Of a stretch of DNA of 64,000 nt, positions 46,847 through 60,734 are shown in pieces. The first letter of the stretch is position 1. The number at the start of each line of letters is the position of its first letter. The notes beneath the pieces were generated by a model. It was not told the origin of the DNA, made no database searches, and saw nothing but the letters and a program-made list of their open reading frames with translations. This stretch comes from an uncultured delta proteobacterium (GTDB lineage Bacteria > Desulfobacterota > Binatia > UBA9968), in NCBI GenBank assembly GCA_963760795.1, contig CAVXEP010000025.1:125404-189403 (forward strand). Reading direction: 5' to 3'. The translations under genes were made by a program, and so were the position numbers.

Positions 46847-47272
46847 TGAAGAAACACTTTTTCATCTGGCAGTTGGCGGCGTTCATTCTGGCAAATCTTC
46901 CTCCGGCCCAGACGCAGCAGCCAAACACGAAAATCCCGCGCATCGGACTTTTGTCCTCATCAACACGACGCCGGTTGTGCCGTTCCGCAAAAAGATCACG
47001 GATCTCGCCATCAAAAACCGCCTGCCGTTACTGGCGGAAACCAGCCCTTGGGTCGATGTCGGCGGACTGATGACCTACGCGGCTAACGATGCCGAGAGCT
47101 ATCGCCGCCTCGCCACTACGTCGACAAGATTTTGAAAGGCACCAAGCCAAGCGACCTGCCGGTCGAGCAACCGACCAAGTTCGAACTCGTCATCAATCTG
47201 AAAACGGCCAAGACGCTTGGCTTAACCATCCCGCAGTCGTTGCTGTTCCGGGCGGATCGGGTGATCAAGTAG
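46847..47272 (+). pseudogene. Internally deleted PF04392-like SBP
   Basis: Signal peptide plus KIPRIGLL joined directly to the C-terminal AIKNRLP..GGLMTY..ADRVIK; most of the gene is absent. Confidence 0.65.
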
Positions 47273-47382
47273 CCATTTCGCACGAGGGAACCATCCTGTC
47301 TTGTTAAATCGACTTTCGGTGACAGCGCTCGAACAAGCCCGCCCTCCCGTGCTACAGATAGGCGTGAACAAGCACGTAGATA

Positions 47383-49794
<2,412 letters not shown>

Positions 49795-49804
49795 GACGCC
49801 GGAC

Positions 49805-50041
49805 ATTTTGGATTTTCGATTTTGGATTTTGGATTAGGGAATCGAGATGTCGGAGATTCCATACGCGGAGCCGCTATTGGATTTTGGATTGAAATTGTCG
49901 CCATGACCGTCGCATCGATCAAAACCCTTCGAGGACGAAAATGAACATGAAAACTTTGGGAAACCGTGCAAGTGAGTGTCATCCGATCTTTCAGACAATC
50001 CAAGATCCAAAAGCGGCCCCGCAGACTAAAATCCAAAATCG
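49805..50041. repeat. Composite TTTTGGA/TCCAAAA inverted repeat element enclosing an SBP start
   Basis: Left TTTTGGATTTTCGATTTTGGATTTTGGA..GCGGAGCCGCTATTGGAT; right ATCCAAAAGCGGCCCCGCAGACTAAAATCCAAAATCG; related copies at 51053-51228 and 58098-58285. Confidence 0.7.
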
Positions 50042-51047
50042 AGAAGGCTGGAATCGCAGAGAGTTTTTAACCAACCTTGCTGTTGCGGGAAGTGCGGCGC
50101 TTCTCGGACTTCACTCCGATGCATTCGCCGCCGAGCCGCCGCCGGAGACGACGCGCATCAGAATTCCGCAAATCCCCAGCACCTGCCGGAGCCCGGAATG
50201 GGTGGCGGAAGAGTTGCTGCGGAGCGAGGGCTTCACCGATGTTCAGTACATTCCAGTGAAGGGAACCCAAGGAGTCGAGCGAGCGCTCGCCTCCGGTGAG
50301 GCCGACATCGGCGGGCACTTCGCGGCGCCGGTCATTCTCCGGTTGGAAGCCGGAGACCCCATCGTCATGTTGGGCGGCGAGCATGTCGGCTGCTTCGAAT
50401 TGCTGGGCAGCGAGCGCATTCGAACGATCCGCGATCTGAAAGGTCGCAGTGTCGCCATACCCGAGCTGGACCCTAGTCCCTATGCGTTTCTCGCGAGCAT
50501 GGTGTCGTACGTCGGTCTAAATCCGAACAAAGATATCAATTGGATCAAACATCGCCCGGGCGAAGCGATGCAGCTCCTCGCCGACGGCAAGATCGACGCC
50601 TACCTGGGCTTTCCGACCGAGCCACAAGAGTTGCGCGCTAAAAAAATCGGCCGCGTCGTCGTCAACAGCGCGGTAGACCGGCCGTGGTCGCAATATTTCT
50701 GCTGCATGCTGACGGGAAACCGGGAGTTCGTTCGGAAGAACCCAGTTGCGACAAAGCGCGCCATGCGCGCCATTTTGAAATCGGCTGAGATCTGCGCCGT
50801 CGCGCCCGAGAAAGTCGCCAAGTCGATTGTCGCCAAGGGCGTGGCGAAAAACTATGACTACGCCTTGGAAGCGATCAAAAGTCTCCCCTACGGCCGCTGG
50901 CGCGAGTACGATGCCGAAGACACCGTCAGGTTCTGGGCGCTCCGTCTGCACGAGGCGGGCATGATCAAGTCGAGCCCGCAGAAAATTATCGCGCAGGGAA
51001 CTGACTGGCGGTTTTTACGGGAGCTGAAGAAAGAATTGAAGGCGTGA
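49941..51047 (+). CDS. Tat-exported NitT/TauT-family SBP, copy 1
   Basis: NRREFL twin-Arg, AEPPPETT, HVGCFEL, WSQYFCCM. Confidence 0.88.
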   Translation: MNMKTLGNRASECHPIFQTIQDPKAAPQTKIQNREGWNRREFLTNLAVAGSAALLGLHSDAFAAEPPPETTRIRIPQIPSTCRSPEWVAEELLRSEGFTDVQYIPVKGTQGVERALASGEADIGGHFAAPVILRLEAGDPIVMLGGEHVGCFELLGSERIRTIRDLKGRSVAIPELDPSPYAFLASMVSYVGLNPNKDINWIKHRPGEAMQLLADGKIDAYLGFPTEPQELRAKKIGRVVVNSAVDRPWSQYFCCMLTGNREFVRKNPVATKRAMRAILKSAEICAVAPEKVAKSIVAKGVAKNYDYALEAIKSLPYGRWREYDAEDTVRFWALRLHEAGMIKSSPQKIIAQGTDWRFLRELKKELKA

Positions 51048-51139
51048 ATCGATCTTTGGATTTTCGTCTGCGCCGCTTTGTCCGCGGGACCGCTTCTGGA
51101 TTCGGAAAAAGACCGGAGATAGCGAGAGAGCACAAACCA

Positions 51140-52240
51140 ATGAGTAAGAAAACTACGCGAATCAGTTTGGGTTTTGATCCAACAATCGAAAATCCAAAAG
51201 CCGCCCCGCAGACTAGAATCCAAAATCGAGAGGGCTGGAGCCGACGAGAATTCCTGAGTGCTGCGGCGCTTGCGGGAGCAGGATCGGTTTTGAGATTGCC
51301 CTCCGACGCGCTCGCTGCCGAGCCGCTGCTTGAAACTACGAGAGTCAGGCTCGTGCATGGCCCAAGCATGTGTCAGGCCCCGCAGTACCTAGCCGAAGAG
51401 ATGCTGCGCGCCGAAGGGTTTGAAGACGTTCAGTACGTTAAGAAGGAAAAGGCTCAAGGCATAGAGCAAGCCCTGGCCTCCGGCGAAGCCGATATCGCCA
51501 TGCACTTCGTGGCGCCACTGCTGATTCGCCTTGAAGCCGGCGACCCGGTTGTCATCCTGGCAGGAGGGCACGTCGGATGCTTCGAGCTGTTCGCGAATGA
51601 GCGGGTCCGCGCAGTTCGCGATCTCAAAGGAAAGACCGTCGGCGTGCTCGAGCTGGGATCGAGCCAGCATGTCTTCCTCGCCAGTATCATGTCATACGTC
51701 GGCCTCAATCCGAGCAAAGACGTCAACTGGGTCTTATATCCACCGCCCGAAGCCAAGCGGCTCCTTGCCGAAGGCAAGATTGACGCATATCTAGGCTTTC
51801 CCCCGGACCCGCAGGAGTTGCGCGCCAAAAAGATCGGGCACGTAGTAGTCAACAGCACAGCCGACCGGCCCTGGTCCCAATACTTCTGTTGCATGGTGGC
51901 CGGGAATCGGGAATTCGTCCGGAAGCATCCGACGGCAACGAAGCGCGCGCTACGGGCGATTTTCAAGGCGGCGAACGTTTGTGCCGCCGAGCCTGCGCGG
52001 TCTGCCAAGGCGCTCGTGGAAAGATGGTATCCCAGCGGCGAACTACGACTATGCACTCCAGGTCATGAGGGACCTACCGTTTACGGCAAGTGGCGGGATT
52101 ACGATCCTGAGGACACGATGCGTTTTTATGCTCTCCGCCTGCACGAGGCGGGGATGATCAAGTCGAGCCCGCAGAAAATTATCTCGCAAGGAACCGACTG
52201 GCGGTTTCTGCGAGAGCTGAAGAAAGAGTTGAAAGCGTAG
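51140..52240 (+). CDS. Tat-exported NitT/TauT-family SBP, copy 2 (compensating indels near 52035-52080)
   Basis: SRREFL, HVGCFEL, WSQYFCCM. Confidence 0.86.
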   Translation: MSKKTTRISLGFDPTIENPKAAPQTRIQNREGWSRREFLSAAALAGAGSVLRLPSDALAAEPLLETTRVRLVHGPSMCQAPQYLAEEMLRAEGFEDVQYVKKEKAQGIEQALASGEADIAMHFVAPLLIRLEAGDPVVILAGGHVGCFELFANERVRAVRDLKGKTVGVLELGSSQHVFLASIMSYVGLNPSKDVNWVLYPPPEAKRLLAEGKIDAYLGFPPDPQELRAKKIGHVVVNSTADRPWSQYFCCMVAGNREFVRKHPTATKRALRAIFKAANVCAAEPARSAKALVERWYPSGELRLCTPGHEGPTVYGKWRDYDPEDTMRFYALRLHEAGMIKSSPQKIISQGTDWRFLRELKKELKA

Positions 52241-52309
52241 ATTCGTGAACGTGTGCGTGGCTCGTGCTCGTCATGAACGAGAATCACGAACACACTGAAG
52301 GAGATCAAC

Positions 52310-53330
52310 TTGAATAAACGACACAATGATCACTGGAGTCGACGAGAATTTCTCAGCACGGCAGCGCTCGGCGGAACTGGAGCTTTGCTTGGATTACAAT
52401 CTGATTCACTCGCCGCCGAGCCACCGCCGGAGACGACGAGGATCAGATTGGTCAGCATAGCCGGCGTCTGTGTGGCGCCGCAGTACGTCTCTGAGGAACT
52501 TCTGCGAAGTGAGGGGTTCACTGACGTCCAATACGTCAAGCTCAAACTTGACGAGGTCTACAAAGCGTTTGCGTCCGGCGCCGTGGACATTAGCATGGCG
52601 TATGCGCCGCCGTTCGTTATTCAGATCGACGCCGGGGAACCCATCGTGCTTCTGGGAGGCGTCCATGCCGGCTGCTTCGAACTGTTCGGCACCGACCGGG
52701 TGCGCGCTATCCGAGATTTGAAGGGCAAGACCGTTGCGATACCCGCCCTGGGAAGCCCACACCATGTCTTCCTCGCGTTCATGGCCGCGTACGTCGGCAT
52801 CGATCCCCGTAAAGACATCAACTGGGTGATCCACCCGGTACCTGACTCGATGCGGCTTCTGGCCGATAAGAAGATCGATGCTCTGATGGGCTTCCCGCCG
52901 GTTCCGCAGGAGCTCCGGGCGAAGAAGATCGGGCACGTAGTCGTCAACAGCGGAGCCGATCGGCCCTGGTCCCAGTATTTCTGCTGCGTGATGGCTAGCA
53001 ACCGGGAGTTTGTCCGCAAGCACCCCGCCGCCACGAAACGGGCGATGCGGGCTATCTTAAAAGCGAACCAGATCTGTGCGCTCGAGCCGGAGCGCGCCGC
53101 GCGTCTGCTCGTCGACAAGGGCTTTACGACGCAATTACGACTATGCCCTTCAGACAATGAAAGAAATCCCTTACGGCAAGTGGCGGGAGTACGATCCCGA
53201 GGACAGCGTGCGCTTCTACTCTCTCCGCCTCCAAGAGGCGGGCATGATCAAGTCGAGCCCGCAGAAGATTATCGCCCAGGGCACGGACTGGCGGTTTTTG
53301 AAGGAACTGAAGAAAGAGTTGAAAGCGTGA
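52310..53330 (+). CDS. Tat-exported NitT/TauT-family SBP, copy 3 (frameshift near 53130)
   Basis: SRREFL, HAGCFEL, WSQYFCCV. Confidence 0.86.
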
Positions 53331-53387
53331 AATCGTGATCGTGTTCGTGGCTCGTGCTCGTCAGGACACACGCTAAAGGAGATTAAC

Positions 53388-54406
53388 TTGCGTAAGCGAC
53401 ACAACGATCAATGGAGCCGACGAGATTTCTTAACCACCGCGGCCCTCGCCGGAGCCGGAGCGGTTTTGGGATTGCGTTCTGATGCGCTCGCCGCTGAGCC
53501 ACCGCCTGAAACCACGAAGATCCGGTTGATACGCAGTGCGCCGATCTGTCAAGCCCCACAGTATGCATCTGAAGAATTGCTGCGGAGCGAGGGCTTCTCT
53601 GACGTGCAGGAGATTAGGGTAGGAGCAGATATTGCTGAGCGCATTCAAGCCCTGGGTTCGGGGCAAGGCGACATCTTGAGCACGTACGCCGGACCCCTCA
53701 TCGAGAACATAGACGCGGGAGGTCGAATCGTCATTATCGCGGGTCTCCACGTTGGCTGCTTAGAACTCTTCGGAACCGACCAAATACGCTCGATCCGAGA
53801 CCTTAAGGGGAAAACCGTCGCCTTGACATCCAGCGTCGCCCAATTCTTCCTGACCAGCGTTGTGTCGTATGTCGGCTTGAATCCCCGTAAGGACATCAAA
53901 TGGGTCACCTATTCCTCAAGCGATGCGGCCAAGCTTATGGCAGAGGGCAAGATCGACGCGTACATGGCCCTTCCACCGGAACCGCAGGAACTGCGGGCTA
54001 AAAAGATTGGTCACGTGTTGGTCAACAGCGCCACGGATAGACCCTGGTCGCAGTATTTCTGCTGCATGGTGGCGGCCAATCGCGAGTTTATCCGGAAAAA
54101 CCCGGTGGCCGCCAAAAGAGCGCTTCGGGCGATTCTCAAGGCAGCGGATATGTGCGCAGTAGAGCCGGAACGAACAGCTCGATTCCTCGTGGATAAAGGT
54201 TACACCAAGAACTACGAATACGCCCTAGGCACTCTCAAAGAAATCCCTTACGGCAAGTGGCGCGAGTACGATCCCGAGGACACGTTGCGCTTTTACGCCT
54301 TGCGCATGCATGAAGCAGGATGATCAAGTCCAGCCCGCAGAAGATCATTGCGCAGGGAACGGACTGGCGGTTTCTGAGAGAGCTGAAGAAGGAATTGAAG
54401 ACTTAG
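53388..54406 (+). CDS. Tat-exported NitT/TauT-family SBP, copy 4 (frameshift near 54318)
   Basis: SRRDFL, HVGCLEL, WSQYFCCM. Confidence 0.86.
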
Positions 54407-54408
54407 CG

Positions 54409-55021
54409 ATGAAGCGCTGGCAAGTCTACAGGTTAGGGACTTTCATGCTGATGATCGCGCTCTCCTGGCCGTTGGAAGTTTTGTGTCACGACACTAAGGA
54501 CGACCAGCGGCTCTCAAAGATCGGGCCGGCACCCGAGTTCACGCTGACGAATCAAGACGGCAAGCGTCTCGCTCTCAAGGAACTCCGCGGCAAGGTGCTC
54601 GCGATCACGTTTATCTTTGCCAGCTGCGTCGACACCTGTCCCCTGCTCACGGCGAAGATGGCCGGCATCCAGAATCGGCTCGGTTCTGACTTCGGCAAGA
54701 AAGTTCATTTCGTCTCAATCACCGTGGACCCGGAGCGCGACACGCCGGAGATCCTCAAGCAGTATGCCGAAGCACACAAGGCGAATCCCGCGGGCTGGGC
54801 GTTTCTTGACCGGCACACCAGCCGAGATCCGCGATGTCGCCAAGCGCTACGGCATCTATTACAAGAAAACGCCGCGCGGCGACGTGGACCATACGTTTCT
54901 AACCTCGCTCGTCGATCAAAACGGCACACTCCGCGTCCAGTACATGGGCGTCAAGTTTAATCCGGACGAGATGCTGCGAGATCTTCAGAGCCTCGTGAGG
55001 ATGGAGAACAAAGCGCGATGA
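54409..55021 (+). CDS. SCO1/SenC family copper chaperone (frameshift near 54808)
   Basis: FTLTNQDG, CVDTCP (CxxxC), VDPERDT, FLTG, VDHT. Confidence 0.88.
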
Positions 55022-55144
55022 AAAGGAGAAATCCATTCTCGCGCAAAACTGCCGCCAAGGTGTCGGATGCAATGAGCAAGAATCCTTCTTTGCGTAGCTT
55101 GGCATCTTGGCACGAGAAACACACGAAGCTGAGTCAATTCGCGT

Positions 55145-57211
55145 ATGCTTAGAAACTCGCTACTACAGATATTGCCGCGAATCGTCGCGCGCGTGCCGGC
55201 CAAGGTCCACGCCAAGTTACTGATCGCGTTCCTCGCTATCACGGTGCTGCTTATCGCGCTCGGCGCCGTCGGTCTCCAGGCGCTGAACGATACCAACCGG
55301 CGCGCCAAAGATCTGGTCGAGCTGCAGCGAAAAATCGCCGCTTACCGCCAGCTCCAGCACGATACCACGGCGCAACTCTACAGTGTCGCGTCCGCGCTGT
55401 TGGTCCACGACGATCGCACCCTTGACGCGACGCTGCGCCAGTTCAATCAATTCGGCTACGACCTCGACCGGCTCCAGTTCGTCGCCAAAGACGAGGTTGA
55501 GCTGCTCGGCCAGGTGCGCAAAGACTACGATCAGTTCATCAAGGTGGTGAGCCAGGCCATCGAGTTGATCCGCGGCGGCAAGATCGCCGAAGGAAATAAA
55601 CTGCAAATCGCTCAAGCTAATCCTTTAGCCGAACGGCTCGAGCGCCTGATGAACCAACTCGTCAATCGCGCCGAAGCCGACATGGTCGCCAGCATCGAAG
55701 CGAGCGACACGGCGTACATCCACTCGCGACGGATCGTGATCGGCTTCGCCCTGGGAAGTATCGCGCTGGCTCTCCTCCTCGGCTACGCGATCTCCTGGTC
55801 GGTGGTCGGGCCAGTGCAACAAATGGACGCTCGCTTCGAAGAAATCGCTGCAGGCAACTTTTCCCAGCGACTCGCAAGTTCCAAACCGCGACGAGCTCGG
55901 AACCCTTGCGGCAAACTTGAATCGAATGAGCGAGGAACTGGGCCGCTTGTATCAACAGATCGAGACTCGCAACGGCGAACTCAGTGAATCGCTCGAGCAG
56001 CAGACCGCAACCAGCGACATCCTCGGTGTGATCGCCAGCTCTCCCACTGACATTCAACCGGTCCTCGATGCGGTGGCGGCAAGCGCGGCACGCTTGTGCG
56101 ATGCCAACGATGCGCAAATACTTCTCGTCAGCGGCGATTCGGTGCAGCGCGTCGCCGCTTTTGGCGAGTTGCCGGCGGTGCAAAACACACCGCTAAACCG
56201 GGGCTGGCCCGGCAGCCGCGCCATCATCGACCGGGAAACAATCCATATCCACGATATTGCCACGCAACTGGAAACCGAGTTTCCCGAAGTAAAGGAATTT
56301 AGGCGCGGGGGCATCGCACGGTTTTGGCCACGCCGCTCTTGCGCGAGGGCGTCGCCAGCGGAGCGATTTTGATTCGCCGCAGAGAGATTCGCCCCTTTTC
56401 CGACAAACAGATCGCGCTGTTAAAAACTTTCGCTGCTCAAGCCGTGATCGCGATTGAGAATGTGCGCTTGTTTCAGGAACTCCAGAAAACCAATACCCAG
56501 CTCGATATCGCCAACCGTCACAAGTCGGACTTTTTGGCGCGCGTGAGCCATGACCTGCGCACACCGCTCAATTCCATCATTGGCTTTACCCGCATCGTGC
56601 TGCGCCGCATGGAGGGGAAATTACCCGACTTGCAGAAAGACAATTTACACAAAGTGCTGATCAGCGGCGAGCATCTTCTCGGCCTGATCAACACGCTGCT
56701 CGATCTCGCCAAGATCGAGTCCGGCCGCATGGAAGTCGTCGCCGAATCATTTCGCGTCGACGATGCCATTCATATGGCGGCCACGACGGTCGAGCCGCTG
56801 CTCAAAGACGGTCGCGTGCGGCTGGTCCGGGACATCGCGCCGGGTCTGCCGCCGATCAAAACCGATCGCGACAAGTTAAAGCAGATTCTGTTGAATCTGC
56901 TCAGCAACTCCGCCAAGTTTACCGAGCAAGGCGAGATCCGGATTAGCGCGGCGCAGGAGAACGGCAACTTGAAGCTGGCGGTCGCCGACACCGGCATCGG
57001 CATGACGCCGGCAGCGCTGGAGCATATATTCGAGGAATTTCAGCAAGCGGAAAAGACCACGGCAAGCAAATACGGCGGCACCGGCTTGGGCCTGGCCATC
57101 GTCAGACGTCTCGCCCAGCTCCTCGGCGGCGACATCGCAGTCACCAGCGAAGAGGGCAAAGGCTCGCAGTTCACCGTGACGATCCCGATGGAATTAAAAA
57201 TACAATCGTGA
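55145..57211 (+). CDS. Sensor histidine kinase (four-helix sensor-HAMP-GAF-HisKA-HATPase; frameshifts near 55875 and 56310)
   Basis: Two TM, NRMSEEL, QQTATSDILGVIASSP, SHDLRTPLNS, GGTGLGL. Confidence 0.88.
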
Positions 57212-57277
57212 GGGGTTAGGGGTAAAGTAGGTGCAGGAGTAGAGAGAAGAAACACGGAACGACCTACGGAGGCAAAT

Positions 57278-57640
57278 ATGGAAAAGCCGCACAAAAGACT
57301 TGATGCTTGGAAACAATCGATGGATTTAGCGATTGATGTTTACGTGAGCCACTGACAAATTTCCCAGCCAAGAGAGATACAGCTTAAGCGATCAAATGCG
57401 CAGAGCGACCGTCAGCGTTCCGAGCAATATTGCGGAAGGCGCCGCCAGGCAGACTCGGCGGGAATTTACAAATTATCTGCATATCGCCCAGGGTTCATCT
57501 AAGCGAGTTGGACACACAGATTCGAAATGGCGCGACGACTTGGCTATCGTCGATGAGAACATCCAAAGATCTCTTGATGAACGAATGGACCGAATCGATA
57601 AAATGATTACTGGACTGATACGCCACCTCAAGAAAAAGCA
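57278..57640 (+). CDS. Four helix bundle protein (23S rRNA IVS-protein family), frameshifted; end uncertain
   Basis: MEKPHKRLDAWKQSMDL..FPSQERYSLSDQMRRATVSVPSNIAEG; GGAGG RBS. Confidence 0.82.
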
Positions 57641-57728
57641 AATGAACAGGATTAGCAGATCGGTCAGCGTTCGAAATCGCCTTACCCCTTACCCTTCACC
57701 CCTTACGATACTTCCGAAAGGAATTGTT

Positions 57729-58094
57729 ATGGCAAAGAAAAAGATACTGATCGTCGACGACACCGAATTTAACCGCGACTTGGTCATTCAGCTACTCGAC
57801 GAAGACTACGACATGGTGATCGCGGAGAACGGTGCAGAAGCGTTGACCGTGACCGAGACCGAGCGGCCGGATCTGATTTTGATGGATCTTGGCATGCCGG
57901 TCATGGACGGCTGGGAAGCGACGCGAAAGTTGAAAGCCAACGACGCGCTGAAGCATATCCCCGTCATCGCCGTCACCTCCCACGCCATGGTCGGCGACGA
58001 GATCGACGCGCGCAAAGCCGGCTGCGACGATTACCTGCCGAAACCGATTGACGACGAACTGCTGCTACAGAAGATTAAGAAATTCATCGGCTGA
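57729..58094 (+). CDS. Single-domain response regulator (DivK-like)
   Basis: ILIVDD, LILMDLGMPVMDGWEA, VTSHAM, GCDDYLPKP. Confidence 0.92.
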   Translation: MAKKKILIVDDTEFNRDLVIQLLDEDYDMVIAENGAEALTVTETERPDLILMDLGMPVMDGWEATRKLKANDALKHIPVIAVTSHAMVGDEIDARKAGCDDYLPKPIDDELLLQKIKKFIG

Positions 58095-58120
58095 TGTGAT
58101 TTTCGATTTTCGGTTCTGGA

Positions 58121-59246
58121 TTGGGGAGGCGAAAGGTGACGACAGCGACTCAGCTGGTGGTTCTGCCACGTGATTTAGGCGATCCACAGTCTCTCAATTC
58201 GAAAAAACCAAGTTACGCTCGGTTGTTTTCGGGTTCTGACAATCTAAAAGAGGCCCCACGGACTATAAGCGAAAATCAAAAATCGCTAGCGTTTCTCTCC
58301 GCCGTGCTCGCACTGCTGCTTTGCGCTTCCATTGTTCACGGGCAATCGAAGCTCCCCACGATCGGCTGGCTGTCCGCCGTGTCCGGTCCCCCCCGCGGGC
58401 GCGAGGAAGTTATCCGGCGGCTCCGTGAGCTCGGCCATGTCGACGGCAAGACCGTCGCCTACGAGTTTCGCTATGCTGATAATAAGTTCGAGCGGCTGCC
58501 GGCACTTGCCGATGAGCTGGCTCGTCTCAAGGTCGATTTACTGATCGCGCCGGGCACTGCCGGCGCCCTCGCCTTAAAGAAGGCGACCAAGACGATCCCA
58601 ATAGTTTTCCTAGACGTCACCGATCCGGTCGCCGCCGGCCTCGTTGACAGCCTGGCCCATCCCGGCGGCAATGTCACGGGCTTCAGCAGCGTTGAGTCGC
58701 TGTTAGCCGGCAAACGGCTGGAGATCCTGAAAGAGACCGTCACTAAACTTTCCTCCGCAGCCGCACTGTGGGATCCGCGCAATCCAAGCTCAAAGCTGGA
58801 ATGGCAAGACAGTCAAGCGGCGGCGCGCGAGCTCGGCTTGAAACTTCATTCCCTGGAAGTCAGCAGCGCCGATAAATACGAGAGCACCTGGCGCGACGCC
58901 AACAAAACCGGTATCGGCGCGGTCACCGTGTTGTCGACGCCGCTAGCCGCTGCCCATCAAGAACAGATCACGCGGTTAGCCGCAAAATACCGCCTGCCGG
59001 CGATTTATGTTCAAGAAAACTTTGTTACAGGCGGCGGGTTGATGTCCTACGGCCCCGATCAAAACGAACGTTTCAAGCGCATCGCCGTTTTCATCGACAA
59101 AATTCTCAAAGGCACCAAGCCGGCCGATACTTCCCGTCGAACAGCCGATGAAATTTGAGTTCATCGTCAATCTCAAGGCAGCGAAGCAGATCGGCCTGAC
59201 GGTCCCGCCCAACGTGTTGGTCAGAGCGGACAGAGTAATCCGTTAA
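58121..59246 (+). CDS. PF04392-like SBP (start uncertain; frameshift near 59130)
   Basis: PGGNVTG, KRLEILKE, GGLMSYG, IDKILKG, ADRVIR. Confidence 0.82.
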
Positions 59247-59299
59247 CAGCTGTCACTAATCAGCCGTCAGTTGTCAGCGCAGAAATCGGAGAAACATTC

Positions 59300-60271
59300 A
59301 TGACGAAAGTAATTTTCGGTTTGCTAATGGCGAGTGTCCTTCTGTACAAATGTTGCACCTGCCGAAGCGCAGCAGGCTGGAAAATCTTCCGCATAGGTTT
59401 CCTCGATCCAAGCAATGCTTCCACCAGTGCGGTCCGCTTGGAGGCGTTCTGGCAGGAGATTCGCAAGCTTGGATGCGATCGACGGTACAAACATTGCCAT
59501 CGAGTCGCGGTTTGCAGAGGGAAAACAGTGACCGACTACGGGAGCTAGCGGCGGAGCTGGTTCGACTCAAAGTAGATGTGATCGTCGGTGCATCGACGGC
59601 GGCAGTCTTGGCGGCCAAAAGCGCCACCACTACCATCCTCGTCGTGATGACGACGTCTTCGGACCCGGTGGGTGCAGGTTTGATTGCCATTCTTGCGCGG
59701 CCGGGCGGCAATGTCACAGGGATGTCGGGATTAACAGTGGAGCTAAACACCAAAAGGTTAGAGATACTGAAAGATGCAGTTCCAAGCTAACCCGAGTTGG
59801 GCTCCTGCGATCGTCGGGAAACTCGCGCGGACGCGGCGAACCTTGAAATGCAGCCAACGGCGCGGGGGCTGGGCCTAAAACTGGAGGAGATCAGAGAAGT
59901 TGGACCCGAAAAGTTTCGACACTGCTTTCGCGCAACCGCCAAGCAAACGCAAGACGCTGCGATAGTGCGGTCCGGCTCGTTCACCCATTTTCGCCAACGA
60001 CAGGATTGTCGAGCTTGGCGGCAAATATCGATTCCCTGGCTACGTCGAAGAGGTCGCTCTGGTATACTCATGGGCTAGGACGCCGACCGGCTAAAGTCCT
60101 TCGGCGCGCGGCGGTTTATGTCGACAAGATCTGCGAGGCGCCAAACCGGCGGATTTGCCGGTGCAGCAGGCGACAACGTTTGAGCTCGTCATCAATCTGA
60201 AAACCGCCAAGCAGATCGGCCTGACGATACCGCCGAACGTGCTGGTGCGGGCGAATAGAGTCATTCGGTGA
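59300..60271 (+). pseudogene. PF04392-like SBP with many frameshifts (pseudogene or low-quality sequence)
   Basis: KIFRIGFL, ARPGGNVTG, KRLEILKD, conserved 3-prime end. Confidence 0.65.
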
Positions 60272-60348
60272 AGAGGGTATGAGCCAACAACATTTTGGCT
60301 CCGCAGGGTCGCTTTGGGGGAAAGTTCGTCGTTCGCGGAAGATAGCGC

Positions 60349-60734
60349 TTACCAACGGAGGGTGCTCTGTCTCTGCCGTCCGATTTCCCAGAAAGCTATG
60401 TTCTCCGTCGAGACTCGGATGACCTTTCCGTTGCGCTTGGCTCTGTTGTTGAAGTGAGAGTGACGTAGCAGCTTGGAAATGTACTGGGCAGTTTCCATCA
60501 CAGGCACTGTTAACGCCACAAGACAATAGTTGGCATGGCGCAACGGCGCGCGATAAAAACCTAAACGCGAGTAAAAAACGTTGGCTGTTTAGTCGCATGC
60601 AAATACCTAAGAATTTCTTGTTGATCGTCCCACTCGGGTCGCCCGACTTCGAAACCGACTTGGCGAAAGTGAATGCGGCGGCGGCGCAGCCGCTGCGCTT
60701 GGTCGTGAGCAATATTGTGATCCAGAACGATCAC
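60349..60734 (-). CDS. PIN-like toxin (DUF5615-type), frameshifted
   Basis: GTG start overlapping the upstream stop: MIVLDHNI..EWDDQQEI..TFFTR..RHANYCLV. Confidence 0.6.

Noticed and set aside
41850-47272. Integron
   Set aside because: No tyrosine integrase or recognisable attC sites; only an organisational analogy
49805-53362. Short periodic repeats as a CRISPR array
   Set aside because: No constant 23-47 nt repeat with unique spacers, and no cas genes
57278-57640. Four-helix-bundle gene as part of a diversity-generating retroelement
   Set aside because: No reverse transcriptase is present, and the paralog differences are not adenine-specific as in TR/VR pairs
57396-58094. Genuine four-helix-bundle/response-regulator fusion protein
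   Set aside because: The linker is translated repeat DNA in an indel-rich stretch, and the regulator has its own plausible ATG at 57729
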